This document shows, in pieces, positions 43,040 through 55,928 of a stretch of 64,000 nucleotides of DNA. Each line of letters opens with the position of its first letter. Position 1 is the first letter of the stretch. The stretch lies in NCBI GenBank assembly GCA_950097015.1, contig CATNEN010000039.1, positions 4,712,001 through 4,776,000 of the forward strand, read 5' to 3'. Below the pieces are notes generated by a model. That model searched no databases. It was not told the origin of the DNA and worked only from the letters and a program-made list of their open reading frames with translations. Source of the DNA: Macrostomum hystrix (Eukaryota > Animalia > Platyhelminthes). A program made the translations under genes and the position numbers.

Positions 43040-45330
43040 GCTGCCACTAATGAGTCCAGATGAGCACTGCTACAAGGAGAAAAATCAAGAATAAACTAGC
43101 TGCCACTGACATTCAAAATCTAAATATTTTAAGAAAACTACTTCTTGGTTTAACTTACCAAGTCATTCCATGCAGTGCATGCCATTTACTTTGAGCTGGT
43201 ATCAACTGGAGGTAAAAATATTTTCAGGAGTATCTATAGCTACTTGCTTTCAAATTCCTATAAATATAAACAAGTTTTTTACAAATATTGATTTTTATGC
43301 AATAATTTTCATTCTTAACCATAGCAAAATCTCAAAATTAAAGAACAAAACAGCTTTTGAGAGTTTGTTTTTCAAATTGCTTATGTAGGACCATTGCAAT
43401 GATATAAAGTAAGGCACTTGGTTATGCTTATATTTAGCAATAAATATTGGCAATAATATAATATAACACAATGTTAATAGACAAAATCATTTAGACAAAA
43501 ATATTCTCAATTTCATTTGATAACTAGCAACCAAAGATTTTTTATAGCAATTCATTCTTCTAAATATCTAGTCTAATGATATGTTTTACATTTTTATATA
43601 TTTAGAAAACTTTGTATATTTCTGTAGAAAATTTTAATTCTTGGACTAACATCTAAGGTGTTACACTCTACACATTACACAAGTATGGCCAGAACTAAAT
43701 GTCTCATTTTTTTATATTTTTATAGGCCTATCTCTTTAAAGCTAGAAAAAAAATTAGTAAATATAAAATAAATGGATTTTCAACTTCATTAAAAAAGTTT
43801 TTGCTTCTAATACAACCTATCTATTAAATTTGATAGACTAGAGCTAGGCCTAGCTATACTAGCAAGTGTATAGCTATAAAAATATTTTAGACTATCATCT
43901 AGATCTAGCCTCTAGCCTAGGTCAGGATTGTTGATATAAGTCAAGAACAGTTAAAGCATATATATGGCTAATCTTTGTGTTGCAGTTATAAAATAATAGA
44001 AAATCTAGATGTACCTCATTCATTTCGGCCTTACAGAGAGTCAAGTCATGTGTCAACTCATCAGTCATCATAATAGCTATTTAAATTAAGGCCTATACAA
44101 TCGAAGAAATGTGCGCCTTTAACCAATTCATTCACACAGTCGCATTGCATATCATACATGCTTAAAGACAAATATTTCCTGATATTGACCATTAAAAGTA
44201 AAACCCGGATATGTCATCTGTAAAGTGACACGAGTAGCTCAATTGATAAAAACTTTAAAATTATTCCACAAATTACAGATTTAGAATATACTCGTATAAA
44301 AATATATTTTTGATCGAATTTGAATGGGCATGTTTGTAGGTCCATTGAATCATTTATTGATATTTTATGAATCCTTTTAATAATGAACTGTGAACATTAT
44401 GACTTATTTAAATTTTCACGTAAATCAACACAACGCCAACAACTTAAATTCGCTCTAATAACTCACCTACAGTACACTTAAACAAATGCATTTGTCTTTG
44501 GTGATGCAACGATGTGAATTATCTGGCTGGATACTTTCCAGCAGCATAATTTGAAAACTTTTCTCGCGTTATCTCGCAAGATAATATTAGAAATGTAATT
44601 ATTAAAAAATTAAGAGCATTGGATTCGTACCCTGCAAGCTGCGCCTGTCTTTATCGTCCCAATTGGCTACCCAATACTGACGGCCATGTACAGTACACTT
44701 ATCACGAGAGTTAATGAACAGATATTTTACTGTTCAATACTCTTTAAAAAGCATATGACGGCAAAAAAGAGACTATACCTATGAAGAAGTGAAAACTTTT
44801 CGATTGATCGTATTGCCGTCAAGTGATCATTTTCCTCTATCAAAACGGAACGTCTGGTTATTTCGCCAAATTTCAACTCTGGGTTAGAACTTAGGCTTTC
44901 TGACTGAAAGGTCGGGAGTTCAAAACTCAGCCTATGGGGGACCCTCAATTTCCGAGTGCTTCAGTCCACGCAACTGAAAAATGGATTCTAGAATTAGCTA
45001 GGGAAGAAATTTGGGTGGGTGTGGCGTACGTATATAGTCCATGGACTGGACAGCTGTAAAAAGCCTTAGAAAGCCCCAGCAATAGGTGCGGCTGTGCCAA
45101 TGGCTACACATCTGACCCAGCTGGGCTAATGTGTAACTACTCTCTATATTTTCAAGTGATCTTGAGCCGTTAGGGATATCGCGAAATCATTTTTGATTGC
45201 TTTGATCATTCAGTGTGATTGCAGCGGCGGCACCGCCTTTTATGCCACACAGTCTAGGGTTGAATGTTCGCACGAGCAGCAGCAGCAGGCTCAGTTTGGG
45301 GATCAAACATCGGAGATATCTCTGTCCGGC

Positions 45331-46539
45331 ATGGTGAGAAGTACGATGAGCCGCTTTGCGTTGGATACAAGCTACCGCAACCTGATCGCCAGGGCCAGCC
45401 AGCCGGTTTGCCTGACCCTCTGGCTGCTGCTGATCGCTGGGGCGCTGGGAGGCTTGACCTTCCACTTGAACCTGATCGCCACTCAGTTCTTCGCCTACCA
45501 CAAGCGGGCCGGTGCTGACTTACAAAACTTACAAAACTTCTGGTCCGACTTCCTGCTGGAACAGCCGGCGAATGCGGAAATAACGACTGTGCGCAACAAT
45601 ATGCTCAACATCTCGGCTCGTCTGTTTCCAAGCGCTGGGACGCACTTTCAGAAGGAGCTTTTTGTGGACCAGATGCTGCTCGAGAACTATTTTGGCGCCC
45701 ACCGCAGATCCGAGAGCTTCATGAACCTGCTGCAGGTGAGTCTAATACCATTCACGCACCTGAGAGAGCTGGATCTGGGAGAGAGAACAGCTCGGAGAGA
45801 TCAGACAATTATTTATTTGACAATGAAATTATTGAGGCAGGGGAGATATGAGACAGTGGAGAGATGAGACAGTGGAGAGATGAGACAGTGGAGAGATGAG
45901 ACAGTCGAGAAATGAGACAGTGGAGAGATGAGACAGGGGAGAGATGAGACAGTGGAGAGATGAGACACGGGAAAGATGAGACAAGGGTGAGATGAGACAG
46001 GGGAGAGATGAGACAAAAATGTATCTCCAGAGACAGCAGAGAGACCGCGGAGAGAAGTAGGCGTCAATGGCCGCATCTGGCTGTTTGCTGGCTTCTGTGG
46101 TAAAAGAAGTTTTCTATTTTTTAATTTTAAAAGTTGTTCTATTGAAATCGTCCCTCGGGTGACAACTTCACTAGATTCGGTCCTATTAGCCTGCCAGTTC
46201 AATTTCCAGCCGTGCAGCGCGGCTAATTTTACACCTGTCGCCACCCAGGAGTACGGCTTCTGCTTCAGCTTCAGGCCAAGAATGCCGCTGGCTAGCCAGT
46301 TCGGGAGCTACAACAATGGCCTGCTGCTAACGCTGGCTTTGGAGGGCTCCAACAGCAGCCGCTTCGCCAACGAGCCCAGCCTGTCCTTCACTCACGGCTA
46401 CTTGGCTAAAATAGTTGCCCACGACATTTATCCCAACACCTATCGGCTGCCGCCGTACGGCGTGCCAGTGTCCTTCCACACCGGCATCGGCATGACGGCA
46501 GCTCGCACCCAGCGACTGCAGAGCTGGACCTCACCCTGA
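45331..46539 (+). pseudogene. Truncated/degenerate DEG/ENaC (ASIC/pickpocket-like) channel gene
   Basis: TM1-like LWLLLIAGALGGLTFHLNLIATQFFAY. Extracellular-domain motifs LLACQFNFQPCSAANF, YGFCFSF, GLLLTLALE. The ORF stops at 46539 where a minisatellite begins; no TM2 was seen and the exon junction phase is unresolved. Confidence 0.55.
45840..46015. repeat. 18-bp minisatellite (GAGATGAGACAGTGGAGA-like)
   Basis: Direct inspection. Confidence 0.85.
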
Positions 46540-47280
46540 TCTAACAGTTCAAAGTCTCACCCCATGAGATGTGACAGTTCAAAGTCTCACCAATGAGATG
46601 TTACGGTTCAAAGTCTCACCAATGAGATGTGACGGTTCAAAGTCTCACCAATGAGATGTGACAGTTCAAAGTCTCACCAATGAGATGTGACAGTTCAAAG
46701 TCTCACCCCATGAGATCTGACGTCCAGTTCAAAGTCTCACCCCATGAGATCTGACGTCCAGTTCAAAGTCTCACCCTATGAGATCTGACAGTTCAAAGTC
46801 TCACCAATGAGATGTTACGGTTCAAAGTCTCACCAATGAGATGTGACAGTTCAAAGTCTCACCAATGAGATGTGACAGTTCAAAGTCTCACCCCATGAGA
46901 TCTGACAGTTCAAAGTCTCACCAATGAGATGTGACAGTTCAAAGTCTCACCAATGAGATGTGACAGTTCAAAGTCTCACCCCATGAGATCTGACAGTTCA
47001 AAGTCTCACCAATGAGATCTGACAGTTCAAAGTCTCACCAATGAGATGTGACAGTTCAAAGTCTCACCCCATGAGATCTGACAGTTCAAAGTCTCACCCC
47101 ATGAGATCTGACAGTTCAAAGTCTCACCAATGAGATCTGACAGTTCAAAGTCTCACCCCATGAGATCTGACAGTTCAAAGTCTCACCTCATGAGATGTTA
47201 CGGTTCAAAGTCTCACCCCATGAGATCTGACAGTTCAAAGTCTCACCCCATGAGATTAAAGAGTTCAAAGTCTCAACCAA
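46540..47280. repeat. 29-30-bp minisatellite (GACAGTTCAAAGTCTCACCAATGAGATGT)n
   Basis: Direct inspection. Confidence 0.93.
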
Positions 47281-47837
47281 AGAGTTTGACGAGGTTTAAG
47301 TCTCATCCAGGTTGAAGAGATAGAAAAAATGAAGTTACTAAAGTATTAGCGTCTAAAATTAATTGTAAAAAACATAGTAAATTGAATAAACTGCGAAAAT
47401 TTCTATGAAACTAAATACACATGGCGTACTTTGCAGCAAAATATCCACTCAGACCAATAATTTATTCACTAAAATTAACTCCACACAACACCATTTGTGC
47501 GCTTGAAAATCTTGTTTACAACAGTTAACAACTGGTCAAATGTTATTTTTTAACAGTTCCATTTGAACATACACCGATAACATTAGAAATATTCACAAAT
47601 TTAAGAATCAAATAGATTTGTAGTCTAGTATACAACAAACAGTAATTAGAACCTAAAGCTGTGCCGTAAAACAGTTTGCCTACTCACTTTATTTGGTCAT
47701 GAAACAATTAGGGACTTGAGATTAACGTGAGTGAAAGCAAACAGACAGTTTAACTTCTGTCAGGAATAATGGAATTTTTTGTTTTAAAAAGCTGTAAGAG
47801 ATTCTTTGTGGTGGAGAAATTAATTAACAAAAACAGG

Positions 47838-48460
47838 CCGACAGACAGGCAGACAGACAGGCAGACAGAAAGGCAGACAGACAGGCAGACAGACAGGCAG
47901 ACAGACAGGCAGACAGACAGGCAGACAGACAGGCAGACATATTTCTATATAGTCAAGAATCATTTGCAAAGCAAATGGGCTAAAAGCATTTCATATAAAT
48001 ACAGCAAACTTAAGCAAACAGAAGTACAAACCTAGCGAGCTAAAGTCATTGTGGCCGGTTAATAAGTCAATAGATTGTTTAGCGGCAGAAACAATTTGAA
48101 ACAATGTGTAGAAGAAATAAAAAACTGAAATTGACTGGCCATCAATTATTTGAAGCGGTTTGTTTAAGAAAACAAAAAATAGACGAAAATAGCTTACTGG
48201 ACATGAAGGATAGCAGCAGCGATTGGCTAGAAAAATTGCCCACGAATTAATTGACTAGACTTTCTTCAAACAAAAACCTGCTTCTCAGTACAGAGGAAAT
48301 TGATTGATAAGGCAAAGTGCATACGGGGGCAGGAGGGGCTGGCTGGTCAGGGGTGTATGTATACTCGGGGGCAGGAGGGGCTGGCTGGTCAGGGGTGTAA
48401 GTACACTCGGGGGCAGGAGGGGCTGGCTGGTCAGGGGTGTAAGTACACTCGGGGGCAGGG
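47838..48460. repeat. (AGACAGACAGGC)n at 47838-47940 and a 42-bp repeat x3 at 48325-48460
   Basis: Direct inspection. Confidence 0.85.
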
Positions 48461-49092
48461 TGGGACTCGACGGTTGAGTTAACAAACAAGCAGGTAATAT
48501 TTAATAGCTGAAAAGCAGGACAGTGTACACACAGCGCCTTGCGGCTTTACTAGCCCTCGAATGGGCCGAGGAGAGTGACTGAATAGAATAAAGTCTGGCT
48601 GTATGAATACGATAAATAGTAAGAAAATTATTTGTTTGATTAATATCGTGCGCTACTGGTATTGGCAAGTAGTATGGATAGCATATTCACGCTCGACAAT
48701 GCGATAAAAGTGCATGGAATTTAAGAATACAGAAGTCTTTAAAATGATCCAGCAGCAAATACTAGGCTAATACAGTTAAGCTATAAAATTAAATGGCCAA
48801 TTTATGTAGGCATACGCGAATTCTAAGAAAAATAAAACTTGTAGAAACAAATATTCAACTACAAAAATTAAGATGATAAAGGATAAAGGATGCCTTTATG
48901 GAGACAGAAGAATAAAATAAATAATAATAGTCTATTCAGGGAAGCAAACGACAGAAAACACAGCTAAATTCTACAAGACAAGACAAGCAAACTCAAAACA
49001 AGGTATCTAAATCAACGAAGAATAAACATGAGCCAGGACAACTGGATCAAATAATTGCCTCGTCTGACACAGCTGTCTAAGTACTTGCTTCT

Positions 49093-49752
49093 GCCCCACT
49101 GCACTGACTGCATCATCAAACTGCAGGCACAGCAATGCCCCACTGCACTGATTGCATCATCAAACTGCAGGCACAGCAATGCCCCACTGCACTGATTGCA
49201 TCATCAAACTGCAGGCACAGCAATGCCCCACTGCACTGATTGCATCATCAAACTGCAGGCACAGCAATGCCCCACTGCACTGACTGCATCATCAAACTGC
49301 AGGCACAGCAATGCCCCACTGCACTGATTGCATCATCAAACTGCAGGCACAGCAATGCCCCACTGCACTGATTGCATCATCAAACTGCAGGCACAGCAAT
49401 GCCCCACTGCACTGATTGCATCATCAAACTGCAGGCACAGCAATGCCCCACTGCACTGATTGCATCATCAAACTGCAGGCACAGCAATGCCCCACTGCAC
49501 TGATTGCATCATCAAACTGCAGGCACAGCAATGCCCCACTGCACTGATTGCATCATCAAACTGCAGGCACAGCAATGCCCCACTGCACTGACTGCATCAT
49601 CAAACTGCAGGCACAGCAATGCCCCACTGCACTGATTGCATCATCAAACTGCAGGCACAGCAATGCCCCACTGCACTGATTGCATCATCAAACTGCAGGC
49701 ACAGCAATGCCCCACTGCACTGATTGCATCATCAAACTGCAGGCACAGCAAT
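49093..49752. repeat. 44-bp minisatellite x15 (GCCCCACTGCACTGATTGCATCATCAAACTGCAGGCACAGCAAT)
   Basis: Direct inspection. Confidence 0.95.
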
Positions 49753-49913
49753 GATTAATGTATTATGACGCAGCTAAAGTGATTTTCAATACCGCAACTC
49801 AATTCAAGCAACGAAAAAAGTTAAAATGAAATAGAATAGACTGACCAAGTGACAGTGTGAGGGTTCATTGTCTAAGGAGTCAGCTCAATGGCGCACTCAG
49901 AAGTTGCAGCGCA

Positions 49914-52900
49914 TCAACTGTCCCCGGAAGTGGAAGCTGAAAAGTTGAACGTGGACCCGGCGATGATGTTGATCACCTGTCCAGTTTCGTCTGTTAGGGC
50001 TATTGCCGGCGATAATGGTGTAGCGTGCTGCTGCTGCTGCTGAGCGACCCCGCTGCTGATGAGTGCACCGGCGCGCAGTTTAGCATTCAAAGACTCGATG
50101 GCGGCAAGATCCTCTTCTTCGGACTCGGAATGGGTTGGATGCTGCGGCCTGCAAGTGCGCAGCTGCTTGTTAGCGACAATCGTTGGCGCCGCGGCAATTG
50201 GCGGCGCGGATGCTGGCGACAGGGGCGTCGGCGGCGGCGTCGGCTGCTGCTGCTGCGAATCTGACCGAGCGAACTCGTGAAGGAAAGCGGAGCCGCCGCG
50301 GGACAAGTGGAACAGCAGGCCCGGAGAGCCCTCGCTGCGTCGCCGCGAGCCGACGGATGTTGAAGACGAAGCGGCGATCTGGACTCCCAGGCCGGCGTGG
50401 CCGTGATGATGCGGCTTATCGACGCCGCCGCGGGTGGCGCAGCTGCCGCGCTCCTTGTAGCTGCCGTGGCGTCTGAACGGCCCCGCTGGAAGTGAATTAG
50501 CGACCAGGCAGAAATTTAACAAATAGGCAGGTAAATTTTCTTAGAAAAGCACCGAGAATTCTAAGAAAACAGTAGACAACTCTTAGAAACCTGACTGACA
50601 ATTCTTAGAAAACTGACTGATAATTCATAGAAAAATATGAATTAGAAATATATATTCATAGAAATATAAATTAGAAACATAGAAATAAAAGACGGACAAT
50701 CTTAAGAAAAGTGACGGACGATTTTAAGAATGGTAACGGGCGATTCTTAGAAAACTGACAGACAATTATAAGAAAACTGACGAACAATTCAAAGAAAAGT
50801 GACGGACGTTTCATAGAAAACTGACAGACAATTATAAGAAAGCTAGCGGACAGTTTTTAAAAATCCAACGGACAATTCCAGCAAAATGACGGAAAATTTA
50901 GAGAAAAATGAGGGACATTTTTAAGAAAACCAACGGACAATTACAAAAAAACTGACGGAAAAAATTAGGGACGATTCTAAGAAAAATGGATAGATAATTC
51001 GAAGGGAACTGTGAGACGATTCTAAGAAATCATACGAATAATTCTAAGAAACTGACTGATAATTCCAAGAAAACCAGCGAAGAAACACGAAAAATATGAG
51101 ATTTCTAGGAAAAACAACAGAAAGAGCAGAAAAATTCCAACGGCTCACCGGAGCTGCCGCCTCCTTGCGTGCCGGCGCTCAACCGGCGCCGAGTTCCAGC
51201 CGCAGTTTTCGGACTGGACGAAGCGCTGCGCAGTTTGGCCGGCGGCGAATGCGGCGGCGCCACGATGGCCAGCGACGTTGCCGCCATCGAAGCACCAGCC
51301 GAACCGACCGGGCCAGACGGCGACACCAGGACTGAGCAGCAGCCGCCGAAACCCGGCGAGCCGCGCGGACTGCCAGCGCCGGCGGCGCCGCTGCCGCCCA
51401 GATAGGCCGAGTCCTCCGGGCAGCTGTTCCCACGGCCGGTGCCTTCGCCAATGCCGCCGCGTCGGGCGGAGCCATCGGACGCGCGCCTAGGAAACTGCGG
51501 CGCGGTCTGGACCATGTAGTCTGGCGGCGCAAGCAGGTTGGGATCCTTGACGGTGAAGCAGGCGATGGGCTGGTGCAGATTCGTGGTCAAGTTGGCCAGC
51601 AGGTTCAGCTGCGGCAGGTTGTTCAGCCAGGCCGGATCGGGACGATGACTGGCAGGGGCAGCCGCCGCGGCAGCTGCTTCGTCCTCAGCTTCGGCGTTCA
51701 ACAGGGCTGCGGACTCCGCAACATCGGCTTCGTAATCTCCTTCGTCCTCCATCATCATCGGACTGGCGCCGCCACCGATGCCCACCGCTGACAGGGTGTG
51801 CCGGCGCAGGTTTAGCTGGGTCCGGCGATACCACTCCAGCTGGCTCAGCTCGGCGTCCGCTGCCGCGGCGGCTGCTGCAGCGGCGGCCGCAGCCGAAGCC
51901 ACGGCGGCAGCAGCGGCCGCTTGAGCGTCTCGGCGTTCCAGCTTGTCCACTGCGATCCGATAGGCGGCGCCCAGCGCGTTGTAGTGCCCTCGATGAATAG
52001 CCTCGGCCACCTGAGCGGCGCCATAGCCGAAGCCTTCGCTTAGCAGGCTGAGAATGGCCGGGTCTGGCTCCTCAGTATCCGGCGACGCTGCGGCAGGCTT
52101 GGTGGCAGCGTAGTGCTGCATGAGCTCCGCGTAGCTCTGCCAGTTGGGGCTGGCCCGCATCCAGGGCGAGCAGCACACCTGCTCAATGCCGCAGCGCCGA
52201 CCCGGATCCGAGTTCAGCATCCAGCGGATTAGGGACTCGCAGCTGTGCGACAGGTAGAAAGGGAAGCGAACCAGGCCGCGCATAACGCTGGCTTTGATTG
52301 TGCCCAGGTGCTCGCCGCAGAATGGGAAAGAGCCGCAGACCAGCACGTAGAGAATTACGCCCAGACTCTGCGAATCGATAGCAAGAAGATGCGGAAATTT
52401 ATTATTTGCCAACGTCATATTTTATGTGTACTACTGTAAGTAGGGCAGTGTGGATGAAATTCCATTTGGCGTCAGTTAAAAAAATTGCAGGAGGGCTGTG
52501 GGGCACTGGCACATCCTTTGGTGACGATCGCAGCTAGCAGTTGCATGGAGGCGATTCTGCTCATTCGGCTGACTCCTGAGTACACAAACTCATACAGGTG
52601 TGTACATCTGCCCTGACTTTCTCATACCCAGGCAGTGTACGCTTTCACCGAGCTCAGGGGACCTTGGATCGAGAGGCAAACGCGTTAGACCACTTTGCCA
52701 CTCACCCCCTTCTAGTGGAATTGCTATAATTGTTTGAATTGCGGCTCACGCGAATTTTTATCTTCAAGCGAGTAGAAAAGCACAAATATAGTAAACTATT
52801 CTGTTTATTGGGCTGGGTAATTCAATAATTGGCTTCAATGGCAAAGGCCGCTATTGTTCTATGGATAAATATATAATTTATCAGGTAAATATCATCTACG

Positions 52901-55900
52901 TGTATTTTCTAGCATTGTTGAAGCAGGTGCAGCAGGACGAGTTGAACCAAAGCAGAGGACTCAATATTCAATGTCAGAACGGAGAGAACAGAGACTTGTG
53001 ACATGCTCCATGCACCAGCAACCTGGCGTTGTAGCCGTTTGACAAACATCAAATAATGAAACCTGGGGAATCGAGTCCCACGCCGGAAGAGCTCATGCTG
53101 ACTGATGCTCAGCTCTGAGCAAATTACAATGCAACTCAAAGCTTATCGCCCACGCATTGAACAAATACTTGACTTTTACTATGCGCGACTGCAAACAGCA
53201 GTCACCTCCCGCTGACACATGACACTCTTAAGGGTCCTGCTACACTGCTATTTTGATTTTAGAAAATGCTACTGCCAATATGACTTCGCATGAACTCAGC
53301 TTTCAGACTGAAGATTCGATGAAATCTAGCATGAGATTTGTCATACATCTGGCATGAGCTGTCATATATCTGGCATGAGCTGTCATGCATCTGGCATGAG
53401 CTATGTCATACATCTGGCATGAGCTATGTCATACATCTGGCATGAGATATGTCATACATCTGGCATGAGCTATGTCATACATCTGGCATGAGATATGTAA
53501 TACATCTGGCATGAGATATGTCATACATCTGGCATGAGCTATGTCATACATCTGGCATGAGCTATGTCATACATCTGGCATGAGCTGTCATACATCTGGC
53601 ATGAGCTATGTCATACATCTGGCATGAGCTATGTCATACATCTGGCATGAGCTATGTCATACATCTGGCATGAGATATGTCATACATCTGGCATGAGATA
53701 TGTCATACATCTGGCATAAGATATGTCATACATCTGGCATGAGCTATGTCATACATCTGGCATGAGAAATGTAATACATCTGGCATGAGCTATGTCATAC
53801 ATCTGGCATGAGATATGTCATACATCTGGCATGAGATATGTCATACATCTGGCATAAGATATGTCATACATCTGGCATAAGATATGTAATACATCTGGCA
53901 TGAGATATGTCATACATCTGGCATGAGCTATGTCATACATCTGGCATGAGCTGTCATACATCTGGCATGAGATATGTCATACATCTGGCATGAGATATGT
54001 CATACATCTGGCATGAGATATGTCATACATCTGGCATGAGCTATGTCATACATCTGGCATGAGCTATGTCATACATCTGGCATGAGATATGTCATACATC
54101 TGGCATGAGATATGTCATACATCTGGCATGAGCTATGTCATACATCTGGCATGAGATATGTCATACATCTGGCATGAGATATGTCATACATCTTGCATGA
54201 GCAAGCTTCACTCATTACTCACCCAGACGTCCACCTTGACACCATCGTAGGCCTCGCCCTTGAACAGCTCCGGGCTGGCGTACTGGGGCGAGCCGCAGTG
54301 TGTGTTGAGCAGCTGGTCAGGCTGCATGACGTTGCAGAAGCCGAAGTCTACAAGCTTAACGCAGCCCCGGTAGTCAAGCAGCAGGTTCTCTGCTTTCAAA
54401 TCTCGATGGGCGATTCGTCTGTGATGGCAGTAAGACACAGCGCATACAGTCTGCCAGAATATTTCCCTGGCTTCCGGCTCGGACAGGTGCTTGACTCGGG
54501 TGATGTAATCTGCTCAATGGAGAAATTTTTCCCGAATTATGAGTGACAAGGAATGGAATCATGTCATATGAAATTGAAGCATGTCACAAGAAATAATATT
54601 ATGTCACATAGAATATTATCATGTTACACGGAATGGGATCATGTCACATAGAATATGATCATGTCACATGAATGGGATCATGTCACATGAAATGGGATCA
54701 TGTCACATATAATATGGTCATGTTACACGGAATGGGATCATGTCACATGAATGGGATCATGTCACATGAAATGGGATCATGTCACATAGAATATGATCAT
54801 GTCACATGAATGGGATCATGTCACATGAATGGGATCATGTCACATGGAATGGGATCATGTCACATGAATGGGATAATTTAAAATGAAATGGGATCATTTC
54901 ACATGAAATGGGATCATGTCACATGAATAGGATCATGTCACATGGAATGGGATCATGTCACATGAATGGGATCATTTCAAATGAAATGGGATCATTTCAC
55001 ATGAAATGGGATCATGTCACATGAATAGGATCATGTCACATGGAATGGGATCATGTCACATGAATCGGATCATTTCACATGAATGGGATCATGTCACATG
55101 AATGGGTTCATTTCACATGAATGGGTTCATTTCACATGAATGGGATCATGTCACATGAATGGGATCCTGCATTAAGAAGGGTGCCGTAGAGCAAACAAAA
55201 GTTAAATTAGCTCACCAAAAACCTCCCCATTAGAAGCGAACTCCATGACGAGGCACACCTGGGTAGCAGTTTCGATCACCTCGTACAGTCGAATAATGTA
55301 CGGATGCCGCAGACACTTCATGGCTTCGATTTCTCGGTGAACTTTTATCAAATTTTTGTCACCAATCAGGTCTTTGTCCATTATCTTGATGGCCACCTAA
55401 TGGATAAAAAATGATTTCAAATCACTGATTATATTTCAGGATTGGTATTAGTCACGTGCTCAGGTGATCAAAGGCAATCGCAACAATGCGAATTCTTCCA
55501 AAAGAAGTAAGCGGCAAGCTCACCCGTGTCTTCAGCACCGTGTGATAAGCCAGCTTGACAAGGGCAAATGTTCCTTTGCCAATGGTCTCTAGCAGTATGT
55601 AGGAGCCGAGGCGCTTGCCGCTGCCTCCACTGCCTGCGCCGCCGCTGCCGCTGCCGCCGACGTCGCTGCCGAATGAGTTGGCGCTAGAGCCTGCTCCCGA
55701 GCCTGCGCCTGAAGTGCCGGCAGAGCTGCCTGATGCAGCCGAGGCGCCATCGTGAGTACCGCCAACAGACGACTGAGGCTGCTGATGATGCGACAGACTG
55801 TCCAAGTCAACAGTGCCAAAGCTATTCTCTAGTAACTCAACATCCGTGGCACTATCCGAGCTAGTGTCAGTTGTGCCCACAGACTGCATGGTGGCATTGG

Positions 55901-55928
55901 ACTCCGTGCTGGATTGCCGCGACTCCAT
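49914..55928 (-). CDS. SIK: Salt-inducible kinase (SIK, AMPK-related Ser/Thr kinase); exons 55928-55524, 55396-55216, 54509-54223, 52367-51149, 50485-49914 (~887 aa)
   Basis: IGKGTFALVK, VAIKIMDK, HRDLKAENLL, DFGF, T-loop LNTHCGSPQYASPE, a UBA-like segment, and SIK-typical PKA/14-3-3 motifs RRHTL and RRASDG. Phases 0, 1, 0, 1 are consistent. Confidence 0.88.
52485..52712 (-). mobile_element. tRNA-derived SINE copy (reverse, internally deleted)
   Basis: gcaggagggctgtgggg..gtgtacatctgccctgactttctcat..aacgcgttagaccactttgccactcacccc. Confidence 0.72.
53330..54195. repeat. 23-bp minisatellite (ATGTCATACATCTGGCATGAGCT)n in a SIK intron
   Basis: Direct inspection. Confidence 0.93.
54550..55165. 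repeat. 19-20-bp minisatellite (GAATGGGATCATGTCACAT)n in a SIK intron
   Basis: Direct inspection. Confidence 0.9.

Noticed and set aside
43159-44550. Candidate upstream minus-strand exons of the RUSC-like gene (donor-like sites near 43158, 44014, 44466)
   Set aside because: They could not be joined in frame without stops. They are at most 5' UTR exons or uORFs and need transcript data.
44875-45140. Possible second, older tRNA-derived SINE
   Set aside because: Single degenerate copy in the window; cannot be supported without a search.
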